Shown piece after piece: positions 18,778-28,740 of a DNA stretch of 64,000 nt. A model generated the notes under the pieces. It was given only the letters and a program-made list of their open reading frames with translations, made no database searches and was not told the DNA's origin. This stretch comes from Dehalococcoidia bacterium (GTDB lineage: Bacteria; Chloroflexota; Dehalococcoidia; Plut-88900). A program made the position numbers and the translations under genes. The stretch spans positions 2,976,001 through 3,040,000 of the forward strand of contig OZ240215.1 of NCBI GenBank assembly GCA_965197585.1, read 5' to 3'. The first letter of the stretch is position 1. Each line of letters opens with the position of its first letter.

Positions 18778-21700
18778 CTATTCCTCCCCCAACCGACGCC
18801 AAGCGCGGTATGCCGCCTCGAACTGCCGCCTGCCTATGTCATGTTCACTGTAGTCCGCCTCTTCGAAACGGGCTATCAGTTCCTCCAGGGCTCTCTGGTC
18901 CAGGGTAAGTCCGCTCGCAACCACTACCGACTCCACCTCCCGAGGGGTGGCCTTACCGGATATTCCTGACACCTTCTGCCGCATTCCCGCCAGGAACAAG
19001 TTGTACCGCTTGACTATGTCATCCCTGAACTCGACCACCTCGAACCGACCACGGCCCTCCGATGGCAGATGTCCTTCGTCTCCTGCGAATTCTGCCTCTA
19101 CCTGATAGACTCCCAGGTCCTCCCCTCTCCAGACCGACTCACAGCGACCATCATCGTCCGTGATCAGCTCTTCCATTTCACCCGTGTCACCGATTAGTAC
19201 TCGAATTGACCGTCCTTGCAGCCCCCGCCCCACATCATCCAACAGTGCTAAAGTGACCTTCACTTCCTCCTCGACACTCCATATCTCCGGCAGGTCTTCC
19301 GCCGGTTTGACGAAGGAGACCTCCAGGCGAGTCGGCATCAACAGTCTCAGTTCGAATTCTTCAAATGTTTCCGCTGACGAGAACCGTTCTGTGCCCGCAA
19401 ACTCTGCCGTGACCCGGTACATTCCCGGCTCATCCCCCGCCCACGACGCCGAGCATTGGCCCTTCCGGTCCGTCACCAGCTCCATCTGCGCTTCCTCGTC
19501 ACCCCACACCACCCGGATCTCCGCCTCCGCTATCCCTCTCCCAGAGTCATCGGGCAACCTGCACCACACCTCTACTTCCTCCCCCACTTGCCACGCGTTC
19601 TTCGCATCCGGGGACGGGTCCAAAAAACCCATCTCCAGCCGCGCCGACTGCACAACCACTTCTACCGTGAGTGGTGGGCCCGAGGCAACGGCGGCAGCAC
19701 CCGAAGGCCGGGCGGATGCCAATACCGTGCGTCTACCAAAGCGTCGGCTTCCGAAAAAGCCGCCCCCGGCGCCTAGAACCAGCAGAACCGGCAGAAGCGC
19801 CCAAACCAGCCACCCCAGCCCCCCGCTCCTGACTTGCAGGCTCGCCAGATAGGAGACCGGGAGGTTTGTACCGTCTCCCTCGTAGCTGACTCTCAGCGGT
19901 ACGATTGTCAGTCCTTCTTCGTCCGGGACGTCAACCATCAACAGCGCCACGCCAAGCTCATCCGTCACTGCGGACCCATATCCCGCGTAGTGGACCGCAG
20001 CGCCCGGAATCCCGACTCCATGGTCGTCCAGAAGCCTCGCTTCCACCTGCACCAACCGTCCGGCCCTCGCTTCTTCCACGGGTGTCACCAGCAGGCTCGT
20101 CATCGCCATTACCCTCACCGAGACCTTTGTCTCAGCCTCAAGCTCCACCGCCGATACTTCCAACTCCATCTCCCCCAGCTCCGCATCTGACTGGACGGGC
20201 ATCCGCACCACGAAAGCCCCCACCGCATTCGTGCGCGCCAACTCTTGTCCGTTCACCTCAATTCTCGTGTCCGGCACAGTTTGGCCGCTTATCAGCGTCA
20301 CACCCCTAATCGTGACGCTATCGCCCCGGGCCACTGGTTCAGGTTCCTTTACCACGATCTCCGCCCTCCCCACCGTCACCGACAGAGTGGCCTGGATGAG
20401 TGCAAGCTCGTCCGTACCGGCAAATTTCACCTTGAGATCTGTTTCCGCTATCTCTTCGAACGTCGTTTCCCAAAGGAATGACCCCAGGAGACTGGTAACC
20501 ACTTCCACCGGCTCCCCCTGCCTCGCGCTCACCATCAGGGTATGACCTTCCAGTCCTTCACCATCCGTCCTGGCTAGCGTTCCCTCAAGTCGGTAAGGTG
20601 CACCCATCCGTACTACCCTGTCGCCGCTCAGGTCCAGGAGAACGAGCTCTACAACACTAAGCGTATATCCGCTCCTGCCCGGCTCCAGAAGGTCGTCTCC
20701 CGTGAAGGTCGCCTCAATTGCATACCTTCCCGGCTGGTCCGTTACACCCTTCATCTCGAACTCGCCCAGCTCATCGGTCAGTACTGAGGTCACGGCCTCC
20801 TCGGGCAGTGTGATGTCGACTTCCCGTTGAGACAACGGCGCCCCTCGGCTATCTGCCAGCGACCCCCTGATTATGTACTCCTCCCCAACCTGCACCTCTC
20901 TATCTCCACTCAATTTCAGGAAGACGGGCTCGGTCACGCTCAGGGTATATCCTGCCTTGCTCGGCTCAAGGACATCCTCACCAGAAAACGCCACTTCAAT
21001 GCCGTATCTACCTGGCCGCTCCGCTACGGCATTCCTTCGGAATTCGCCCTGTTCGTCGGTCAGGGCCGATGCCTTGACCTCTCCAGGCAAGGTGATCTCG
21101 ATCTGCTTCAATGGCAAGGGGGCTCCGTTGGAGTCCATCAACGTGCCATTGATCACGTATTCGTCCCCGACCTGTACCTCTCTGTCACCACTTAGTTCAA
21201 GGAACACCGGTTCGAATACGCTGAGTGTATATCCGCTCTTTCTGGGCTCAAGAATGTCATCCCCCGCAAAAGAGGCCTGGATGCCATAGACCCCTCGCCG
21301 CTCCGTCGACCCTCTTACTGTGAACTCACCCCGCTCCCGGGTCTGGACCGAGGCCACCTCCCCATCCGGCAGGGTAACTTCGATCGACTGCCTGGCTAAC
21401 ACCCCTCCGCGAATGTTCCTCAACGTGCCGGTTATGACGAAATCCTCCCCGACACGCACGTTGTCCACAGCGTCGATAGTCAGCACACTCGGCATCGTGA
21501 CCATCACATCTAAACTGGCCTCGTTCCCCAGCATGTACCCTTCCTGCTCAAACGTCACCGCCACCGACCGCTGCCCCGTCCGACCAAACGTCCTTGTGAA
21601 ACTGAAGGCGCCTCGGTCATCCGTCGTCACTTGGAACGGGGCTAGTCCCTGTATGTTCACGCGAATCGTACGACTGCCCACCGGGTCTCCCGCTTCCTCC

Positions 21701-24700
21701 GTCAATCTCCCCCGGAAAGTCCCCTCCGCGTCTATCGAAATCTCCGATGGCCCGCTAAACTCCATCTCCGTCCCGGCATACACTCCTATTTCCGGGTCGC
21801 TCCAGGATCCCCGGTAGTCATCGTTCCCTATAGCATGGGCAATGAGTTGGTAGCTTCCCTCTTCGAAGCTATCCGGCACCAGGACCTCTATCTCGAACCG
21901 GCCGTTTTCCGTCTCCGTAGTTCCCAGCCTCCAGCCACCTTGTTCCTTCGTTTCGTTAATGAATATCTCCACCTCCATCCCATCCACCGGAGCGCCGGAT
22001 AACGTATTCACTTTCCCCCCTATATCGAACGGTAGCCCTTTCCGCGTCTCCCTGGGCCATTGGTCGATCTCGATTACAGTCCCGCGCTTTATCGGATCAC
22101 CCTGTGAATGGACTAGATCGCCTCTGGCTTGGATCACTCGGGAAGGTGCACCCCCTGATCCCGTCGGTTCGAAGGTCACCCATCCAATCCCCTCAAACGC
22201 CACTTCCGCCCACTGGTGCCCCTGGTCCGAATACACTGTTTGGCCGCCGGGGGCCTTCACTATCATCCAGCCCGACACAACCCGCGCAGGTATCCCCACC
22301 GACCTTGCCATTACCACGAATGCACTGCTGTACACCCCACATGTCCCCTCCCGATGATCGAACAGGAACCAGTCAACCGGGTCCCGGCCCTCAGGGGGTG
22401 CGTCGTCAGACGAATCGGCGAACGCATAAGGGTAAGCGGTGCTCAGATATCGCTCCAGCGCCTTAGCCTTCAGGTAGGGACTGCTGTATCCACTTGTAAC
22501 CTCCTTCGCCTTCAGGCGGACTCTGTCCGGGACGCTGGAGGGTAATTGGGTGTAGGTTGGGTCCGACGATACGGAAGCCTGCCTGAGCTGTGCCTCGGAG
22601 TAGACGGGAATCTTCGCTGTCCACGTGTACTCGGACACTGATTCTGCGGAGTAATGCGTTGCATTGTAGGCCCATAAGAAACTCCCGGTATCGATGCTAT
22701 TGACTTGGAGGGAGGTTGCCAGTGGACCTTTGGGGAACTTCTCCAGCGAGCCAATGGGAGTCATGCGAATGACGTCCGTATACGTTGCAAAGGGTGTTGT
22801 CTGAAAGCCGGCCAGCAATGAGATATCAAGCCGTTCGGGAGGAAGTCGAGAAAACTCGCTGTCCGGATTTTCCATTTCCCTCAACACTGCCTCCGGCACG
22901 TTCTCATTTGGAGTGACCCAGAACCCGACCGGGTGCAATTGATGCCATCGGCCATTCTGGTACAAGTCTCCCACTGCAGTCCGCAGACGGTCTGTATGAC
23001 CCGCGCCGTCTACTTGGAATATAGGATTATGGGCAAGCCCAGCAGATTGAGCCGTAGTGGTGCCGGGTACCCAATATCCCAGATTCTCATACACAACCAG
23101 GGAAGCGCCGTTCTCCAGGGTAGTGATCGACGCCCCTCTCTTTTCCAGAATCTCCAGTGCCGCTTCTTCATATCCCGGCCTCGTGTCACCCAGGATCCGT
23201 TCCAGGTTGAACAGTCCTACACCACTGTCTTCGTCCAGGATATCCAGGTTCTCATCTATCTTCTCAGTAATCGCCTGTATGTCCGACTCCGGTACTGCCG
23301 ATTCATCGTCTCCTGCTGTGCCCTCGCCACTTCCTTCGACCTCTTCCCCATCCCCCGCACCGACTTCATCAACATAGAAGCCTGGCGTCCGGGACGGCGG
23401 CCCCGACGCAGTAGGCTCGAAAGAAACCCACCCGATTTCATCCAACGCCACCTCCGCCCACTGGTGCGCCTGGTCCAGGTACACCGTCTGCGTTTCGCCG
23501 GTCTGCCCAATCGCCCAGCCCGACACCACCCGGGCAGGTATCCCCACCGACCTTGCCAAGACCACGAAGGCACTGCTGAACTGGCCGCATGTGCCTTCCC
23601 TGCTTTCAAATAGGAACCAGTCCACCGGGTCTCGGCCTGCCGGAGGCTCGGCAACTCCCGATTCTGCAAACGCATACGCGTAAGTCTCTCTCAGGTACTG
23701 CTCAATAGCCTTTGCCTGGGCGTACGTCCCGGTATAGCCCTCCGTGATCTCCCTCGCCAGTTCGCCTACCCGTCCCGGCACGGTTTCCGGCAACTGCGTG
23801 TATACAGCGTCCTCATACGCCCCCGCCGCTCTCAACACCTCGTCCTCGAATTCCACTGCACGCGCCGACCACACGACCCGCTCAGCCTCGTTTTCGATGC
23901 GGACCGTGCTGCTATACGGGAAGTACACCCCCGGCTCTAATACGAACCGCATGTCCAGCGACGCGGGTATTACACCCGCCGCTATAACTGCCCCATCATT
24001 TGCTGGCGAAACTATGACTGACAAATTGACAGTCTGGCCAGTCAGATAGCGAGAGGTGGAAGATCCGGGCGGCCCAGGTCGGCTGGTCCCGCTCTGCGCA
24101 TTCAGCACCACTTCCTGCAGCTGTTCTATCCCTTCGTATGGCGCTTCCACCGGGTCCGATTGCGTCCACCGCCCGTTTTCGTACACATCCCCTGTTGCCG
24201 TGCGCAGATAGTTGAGCTTCTCAGCGCCACTCACCTCGAACACCGGCAAGTGCGGTGGCTTTCCCGCCTGCATCGTGGTTGTGCCCGCACCTAAAGCCAA
24301 CACCTCATCATCCACTAACCCCACAAGTCCCCCATTCTCTAGCCGGGTGATATCGGCCCCAAGCCTCTCACGTGCTGCCTCCGCCGCCGCCCTCACCTCC
24401 GGGCTGGGGTCTGAAAGAGCCTCCATAAGTGGCCCTATTGCCTTCGAGTCTCCCAGACTCGCCAAGCCGCCAATTGACAACTCTCTAACGAGTGCGGATT
24501 CATCCTCCTTCAGCGCCTTTATTAGCGCGTCGACCGCTTTCTCGCCCTTCAATGTTGCCAGGGCTTTTGCAGCCTCGGCCCGCACCTCTTCCGCCTCATC
24601 CTCATGCAGTGCGGATATCAGGGGATCTACAGCGTTCCGGTATCCTTCATCTCCCAGGGTCTCGGCGGCTTTGGCCCGGACCTCGGCCGCCTCGTCGCTG

Positions 24701-26943
24701 CCCAACGCATCAATTAGCGGATCGCTCACGTCCGTTAATGTTTCGGGTGCGATCTCGGAATACTCCAGCAGTTCATCAATCGTGCCCAAGCGCTCGTCGA
24801 GATCGGGATTGGAGAGCAGCTTATCGCCCAGCCGGTCCAGTTCGTCCACCCATGCCTCCATCACCGTGGCCCGGAAGGGCGCTCCGTTAGATGGTGTCGG
24901 TTCGAACCTTCTCCAGCCTATGCCCTCGAAAGCCACCTCTGCCCATTGGTGGGCCTGGTCCGCGTAAACCGTTTGCTGCTCCACTCCTTCGCTTATCACC
25001 CACCCCGATACCACGCGCGCCGGTATACCCACCGACCTTGCCAACACCACGAACGCACTGCTGAACTGGCCGCATGTGCCTTTCCTCGTCTCAAAGAGGA
25101 ACCAGTCCACTGCGTCTCGGCCCTCGGGCAGGGCTTCGTCGTCCTCTGTAGCGAACGCGTATTCGTAGTTATCTCGCAGGTGCCACGCCAAGGCCCTCGC
25201 CTTCTCATACACCGACTCGTGTTCTTCAGTGATCTCTTCGGCCAGCAGACGCACTCTCTCAGGTACGTTTTCCGGCAGCCCAAGTGCCGTTGAGTCCGAA
25301 TACGCCTGCGCCGCCAGCATCTCTTCTTCCGAGAACCGATGCACACCGGACATCCACCCATACTCGTCGACTTCTATGTCCGTCGAGAAAGTCCCGCTGA
25401 AAGGCCTGTAAAGCCCGTCCGTGTCAAAGAATTCCGCACCTATAGTGGTAGGCAGCGCTCCCGCCGGCACTTTACGCCCCGGTTCATGGGCCGAAACGGT
25501 TATTCGCTGCCGGCTCGTTTCTTCTGCCGGGCTCTCCGGCCAGAGCAGCAGGGATGCTCCTGCGTCTTCCCACGGCAGGATGTCTACGTTTCCGTCCTCT
25601 ATTAGCACCGCATATACAAGTTGGCGGGTCGGTGTTCGTGCCGCGTAAGCCAGTTCCACAGGGTCGGTCCTGGTCCATCCTTGCCCCGTGTACTCGTCTC
25701 CTGCGTCTGTGCGCAGATATCCTGTTGCGCTTGCGCCGCTCACCTCGAATACAGGCCTGTCGTCCGGTGTTGACACCCGGCTTGCGCTCGTCCCTGGCGC
25801 CCAGAAGACTTGGTCGCCTATATAGACCAATGCCGCGCCGCTCTCCAGCGGTGTCATCGAGGCGCCTATGTCACTCAGGATCCACTCCGCTGCGTTCTTC
25901 ACCCCAATATCAGGACCTCCCAACGCCTCAACCAACGCCGTCTCCGCCGCAGCACTCACTTCCGGGTCATCCCCTCCCAATGCCTCAACCAGAGCCGACT
26001 CCGCCGCCGTCCTAACGTCCTCGTTACTGTCCCCCAACGCCTCAACCAGCGCCGCGACTACTGCCGGGTCAGCCATGCCCGCGAGCTCGGACACAGCCTC
26101 GACCTTCTCATCCGGGCTCCCGTGTATCAGCAAGTTGAAGTAGTCCACTTCACTCGATGCTTGGTCTTGCTGGGTCGTCGGGCCTGGCTGGCCCGACAGG
26201 CCCGGCACCCCTTCTCCCTCCGTGGTCCCGGTTGCCGGCCGCCAGTAGACGTTCACGGCGCCGGTGTAATCGGGTGTCGTCTCCACCACCGAGTGGTGTT
26301 TGAAGAGGTTGACCCCGTATATGGCGTCGGAGCCGAACATGCCGAATACCAGGGCTGCTGTCAGCCACGCTAGAAGAGGTATGGGCAAAAGCTTGGGCTT
26401 TGCCACCTCAACCAGGCCAACGGTCACCACGAATGCGGCCAGCAGCGTTAACCCCAACGGCGCCACACCCTCGGTCTTGACCGGGTGTTCTCCGTAGTCC
26501 ACCCCGCCGAAGGGCAACCCCTCACCGAATACCGAGGAAGCGACTAGGTAAACACCCGTCCCCAGCAACCCCACCGCGACTACTTCACCCGGCAGCAAGG
26601 CCGTCCACCCACGTCCCTTGCTATCTTTAAATCGACGCTTAAGCAGAAGGAGTGCCGCGAGTCCCAGCAGGATGCTCATGGCCGGCGCCACCACGGCAAT
26701 CAGACCTGCGCCGCTCGGTATTTCTGACGCGGCTGAGTCAGCCGCGTCCTTGGTAGTTAGCAGGTCCCTGGGTCCGTCGCTGGTGAGCCCGCCAAAAAGC
26801 TCGAAGAGAAAAAACAGTCCACCAAGAGCCACCGCCAAAACCAGGAGCAGACCGAGATGGGACCTAACCTCCCTGAACAACCCCATCATCTGCCCATTAA
26901 ACGCACCTTTGTTCAGATCACATCCTTGACACTTACCTGTCAT
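18778..26943 (-). CDS. Giant transglutaminase-like protein: 3 TGase domains, HEAT repeats, Ig-like repeats, TM, DUF4129-like end
   Basis: Three GTCG.[FY]SSAFVV.ARSVGIPARVVSGW...HQWAEV...FEPT blocks; L..AL.D....VR..A repeats; about 95-aa beta repeats; TPRE...FEEADYS C-terminus; true start may be 26889. Confidence 0.9.
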   Translation of the reverse strand: MTGKCQGCDLNKGAFNGQMMGLFREVRSHLGLLLVLAVALGGLFFLFELFGGLTSDGPRDLLTTKDAADSAASEIPSGAGLIAVVAPAMSILLGLAALLLLKRRFKDSKGRGWTALLPGEVVAVGLLGTGVYLVASSVFGEGLPFGGVDYGEHPVKTEGVAPLGLTLLAAFVVTVGLVEVAKPKLLPIPLLAWLTAALVFGMFGSDAIYGVNLFKHHSVVETTPDYTGAVNVYWRPATGTTEGEGVPGLSGQPGPTTQQDQASSEVDYFNLLIHGSPDEKVEAVSELAGMADPAVVAALVEALGDSNEDVRTAAESALVEALGGDDPEVSAAAETALVEALGGPDIGVKNAAEWILSDIGASMTPLESGAALVYIGDQVFWAPGTSASRVSTPDDRPVFEVSGASATGYLRTDAGDEYTGQGWTRTDPVELAYAARTPTRQLVYAVLIEDGNVDILPWEDAGASLLLWPESPAEETSRQRITVSAHEPGRKVPAGALPTTIGAEFFDTDGLYRPFSGTFSTDIEVDEYGWMSGVHRFSEEEMLAAQAYSDSTALGLPENVPERVRLLAEEITEEHESVYEKARALAWHLRDNYEYAFATEDDEALPEGRDAVDWFLFETRKGTCGQFSSAFVVLARSVGIPARVVSGWVISEGVEQQTVYADQAHQWAEVAFEGIGWRRFEPTPSNGAPFRATVMEAWVDELDRLGDKLLSNPDLDERLGTIDELLEYSEIAPETLTDVSDPLIDALGSDEAAEVRAKAAETLGDEGYRNAVDPLISALHEDEAEEVRAEAAKALATLKGEKAVDALIKALKEDESALVRELSIGGLASLGDSKAIGPLMEALSDPSPEVRAAAEAARERLGADITRLENGGLVGLVDDEVLALGAGTTTMQAGKPPHLPVFEVSGAEKLNYLRTATGDVYENGRWTQSDPVEAPYEGIEQLQEVVLNAQSGTSRPGPPGSSTSRYLTGQTVNLSVIVSPANDGAVIAAGVIPASLDMRFVLEPGVYFPYSSTVRIENEAERVVWSARAVEFEDEVLRAAGAYEDAVYTQLPETVPGRVGELAREITEGYTGTYAQAKAIEQYLRETYAYAFAESGVAEPPAGRDPVDWFLFESREGTCGQFSSAFVVLARSVGIPARVVSGWAIGQTGETQTVYLDQAHQWAEVALDEIGWVSFEPTASGPPSRTPGFYVDEVGAGDGEEVEGSGEGTAGDDESAVPESDIQAITEKIDENLDILDEDSGVGLFNLERILGDTRPGYEEAALEILEKRGASITTLENGASLVVYENLGYWVPGTTTAQSAGLAHNPIFQVDGAGHTDRLRTAVGDLYQNGRWHQLHPVGFWVTPNENVPEAVLREMENPDSEFSRLPPERLDISLLAGFQTTPFATYTDVIRMTPIGSLEKFPKGPLATSLQVNSIDTGSFLWAYNATHYSAESVSEYTWTAKIPVYSEAQLRQASVSSDPTYTQLPSSVPDRVRLKAKEVTSGYSSPYLKAKALERYLSTAYPYAFADSSDDAPPEGRDPVDWFLFDHREGTCGVYSSAFVVMARSVGIPARVVSGWMIVKAPGGQTVYSDQGHQWAEVAFEGIGWVTFEPTGSGGAPSRVIQARGDLVHSQGDPIKRGTVIEIDQWPRETRKGLPFDIGGKVNTLSGAPVDGMEVEIFINETKEQGGWRLGTTETENGRFEIEVLVPDSFEEGSYQLIAHAIGNDDYRGSWSDPEIGVYAGTEMEFSGPSEISIDAEGTFRGRLTEEAGDPVGSRTIRVNIQGLAPFQVTTDDRGAFSFTRTFGRTGQRSVAVTFEQEGYMLGNEASLDVMVTMPSVLTIDAVDNVRVGEDFVITGTLRNIRGGVLARQSIEVTLPDGEVASVQTRERGEFTVRGSTERRGVYGIQASFAGDDILEPRKSGYTLSVFEPVFLELSGDREVQVGDEYVINGTLMDSNGAPLPLKQIEITLPGEVKASALTDEQGEFRRNAVAERPGRYGIEVAFSGEDVLEPSKAGYTLSVTEPVFLKLSGDREVQVGEEYIIRGSLADSRGAPLSQREVDITLPEEAVTSVLTDELGEFEMKGVTDQPGRYAIEATFTGDDLLEPGRSGYTLSVVELVLLDLSGDRVVRMGAPYRLEGTLARTDGEGLEGHTLMVSARQGEPVEVVTSLLGSFLWETTFEEIAETDLKVKFAGTDELALIQATLSVTVGRAEIVVKEPEPVARGDSVTIRGVTLISGQTVPDTRIEVNGQELARTNAVGAFVVRMPVQSDAELGEMELEVSAVELEAETKVSVRVMAMTSLLVTPVEEARAGRLVQVEARLLDDHGVGIPGAAVHYAGYGSAVTDELGVALLMVDVPDEEGLTIVPLRVSYEGDGTNLPVSYLASLQVRSGGLGWLVWALLPVLLVLGAGGGFFGSRRFGRRTVLASARPSGAAAVASGPPLTVEVVVQSARLEMGFLDPSPDAKNAWQVGEEVEVWCRLPDDSGRGIAEAEIRVVWGDEEAQMELVTDRKGQCSASWAGDEPGMYRVTAEFAGTERFSSAETFEEFELRLLMPTRLEVSFVKPAEDLPEIWSVEEEVKVTLALLDDVGRGLQGRSIRVLIGDTGEMEELITDDDGRCESVWRGEDLGVYQVEAEFAGDEGHLPSEGRGRFEVVEFRDDIVKRYNLFLAGMRQKVSGISGKATPREVESVVVASGLTLDQRALEELIARFEEADYSEHDIGRRQFEAAYRAWRRLGEE

Positions 26944-27005
26944 CCAGAAACAAAAGACGCTAAGCGTATCGTTCAGCGCTTCTTACTTATTCCCCGCTCC
27001 CCGCG

Positions 27006-27044
27006 GAAAAATAAACTGCCGACTGGTTACACCAGTCGGCAGTT
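27006..27044 (-). terminator. Intrinsic terminator after peroxiredoxin
   Basis: AACTGCCGACTGGT-tac-ACCAGTCGGCAGTT hairpin followed by a T-run on the minus strand. Confidence 0.7.
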
Positions 27045-27069
27045 AATGCAAATGCTATGGATGGGGAGG

Positions 27070-27732
27070 CTATGCGCTCGGGTCTTTCACCTTTCGCAGA
27101 TAGGGCTTCACCGTCTCCCAGCCGTCCGGGAACAGGTCTTTAGCCGCATCGTTGTTCACTGCCGGAACTATGATGACGTCCTCGCCCTTAGTCCAGTTGG
27201 CGGGGGTTGCCACCTTGTGGTTCGCAGTCAGTTGGCAGGAGTCGATCACCCGGAGCAGCTCGTCGAAGTTGCGGCCCGTGCTCATCGGGTAGGTCAGGCT
27301 CATCTTGATCTTCTTATCCGGCCCGATAAGGAACACCGACCGTACTGTGGCGTTATTCGCCGCCGTCCTCCCCTCGGAGGAATCTCCCTCCGATGCGGGC
27401 AGCATGTCGTACATTTTGGCCACGTTCAGGTCATCGTCGGCGATGATGGGGAAATTAAGCGGAGTCCCGGCCAGGTCCTCGATGTCCGAAGCCCAACGCT
27501 CGTGGTCTTCCACTTTGTCGACGCTCAGGCCTATTACCTTGCAGCCTCGCTTCTCAAACTCGCCTTTGACGCTTGCCACGTGTCCTAGCTCGGTCGCACA
27601 GACCGGCGTAAAATCCTTTGGATGCGAAAATAGCATCGCCCATCCGTCTCCGATCCACTCGTGAAAGTTGACCGATCCGGAGCTGGTGTTCGCCGTGAAA
27701 TCCGGGGCCGTATCGTTAATGCGAAGTGCCAT
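27070..27732 (-). CDS. 1-Cys peroxiredoxin (Prx6 family)
   Basis: FSHPKDFTPVC, YPMSTGRNFDE and VATPANW motifs. Confidence 0.95.
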   Translation of the reverse strand: MALRINDTAPDFTANTSSGSVNFHEWIGDGWAMLFSHPKDFTPVCATELGHVASVKGEFEKRGCKVIGLSVDKVEDHERWASDIEDLAGTPLNFPIIADDDLNVAKMYDMLPASEGDSSEGRTAANNATVRSVFLIGPDKKIKMSLTYPMSTGRNFDELLRVIDSCQLTANHKVATPANWTKGEDVIIVPAVNNDAAKDLFPDGWETVKPYLRKVKDPSA

Positions 27733-28045
27733 ATTTCCCCCTCTCTTCTAAAGTAGGTCGTCGACGCTCTCGCGCCGAAACCTGTCTGGGTCAGCTATGT
27801 GTCTCGCTCAGGAAACTTTAACAGAACATCCACATTGGGGGTAGGCCTGTTCTCAATACGCCCACCTCGCCTCGCAAAGTACGTGCCCGTCCCACATTAC
27901 CAGAATGCCATAACGGCAGCCTATATAACACGGGCCCCTGCGCGTATAAGGGACTGACTCTCACCTGCATGGTCCAGATGACGGCATCACCCGGCATGGC
28001 CGAGCCAGCAGCCATCTCGTCCGCCTATAGTGGGAATTTTGACAA

Positions 28046-28507
28046 TTAGGCCTTCGACTTGGAAGAGGACGAATCGCACCACATGTGGCAGCCCGTTACT
28101 CCCAGGGTTATGGGCATCATCACGTCCACAACCGCCCAGATTATCCACCTCTGGTGGTTCCCGCTCGCGTCGGGGCCGCCCAGGTTGTCGGAGCCCAATC
28201 CCAGAAGTGCAAACCAGTTGTGCAGGAAAAGGATCGTGATGCCCGCGGTGAGGTAGAACAGCAGGTTGACTTCCAGGTATTTGCGGGTCACCGGCTCTCC
28301 AGCGTCTCGGCCACCCTCCCTGCGCTTCCGATCGTAGTTGAAGAGGAGCGCCACTCCCAGGGCGACGACTATGAGGATGTTCAAAATCCTCCAGACGCTC
28401 AGTGCATCGAAGGATTCGGGGAGGAGCGGATTGATGATGAAGTAGACGGCCACCACCACCGCGATCCCGACCATGTTAGCCCCGCCTATTTTCTTTAGTG
28501 CTTCCAT
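28046..28507 (-). CDS. Uncharacterised 4-TM membrane protein
   Basis: AGGAGG RBS; paralogous to 2175..2618. Confidence 0.75.
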   Translation of the reverse strand: MEALKKIGGANMVGIAVVVAVYFIINPLLPESFDALSVWRILNILIVVALGVALLFNYDRKRREGGRDAGEPVTRKYLEVNLLFYLTAGITILFLHNWFALLGLGSDNLGGPDASGNHQRWIIWAVVDVMMPITLGVTGCHMWCDSSSSKSKA

Positions 28508-28740
28508 AACTCCTCCTTTACAGCTCGTTCACCGGGCCCCGTTACCTGTTCGGCATCAGGGGCACGATCTGCCTAAACTACGGAAGATACGCTACGTTAA
28601 CCCTCGTTTTGCGAGCATAGCATATTCAATATACAGGCTGCCGAACATCCCGTTTTATGATGCCGGAATAAGCGATTTAGTCTAAGTGCTATACTGCATG
28701 ACACGAGAGTGTCTTTTGTGACAGTCCGGAGGATGTAGGA

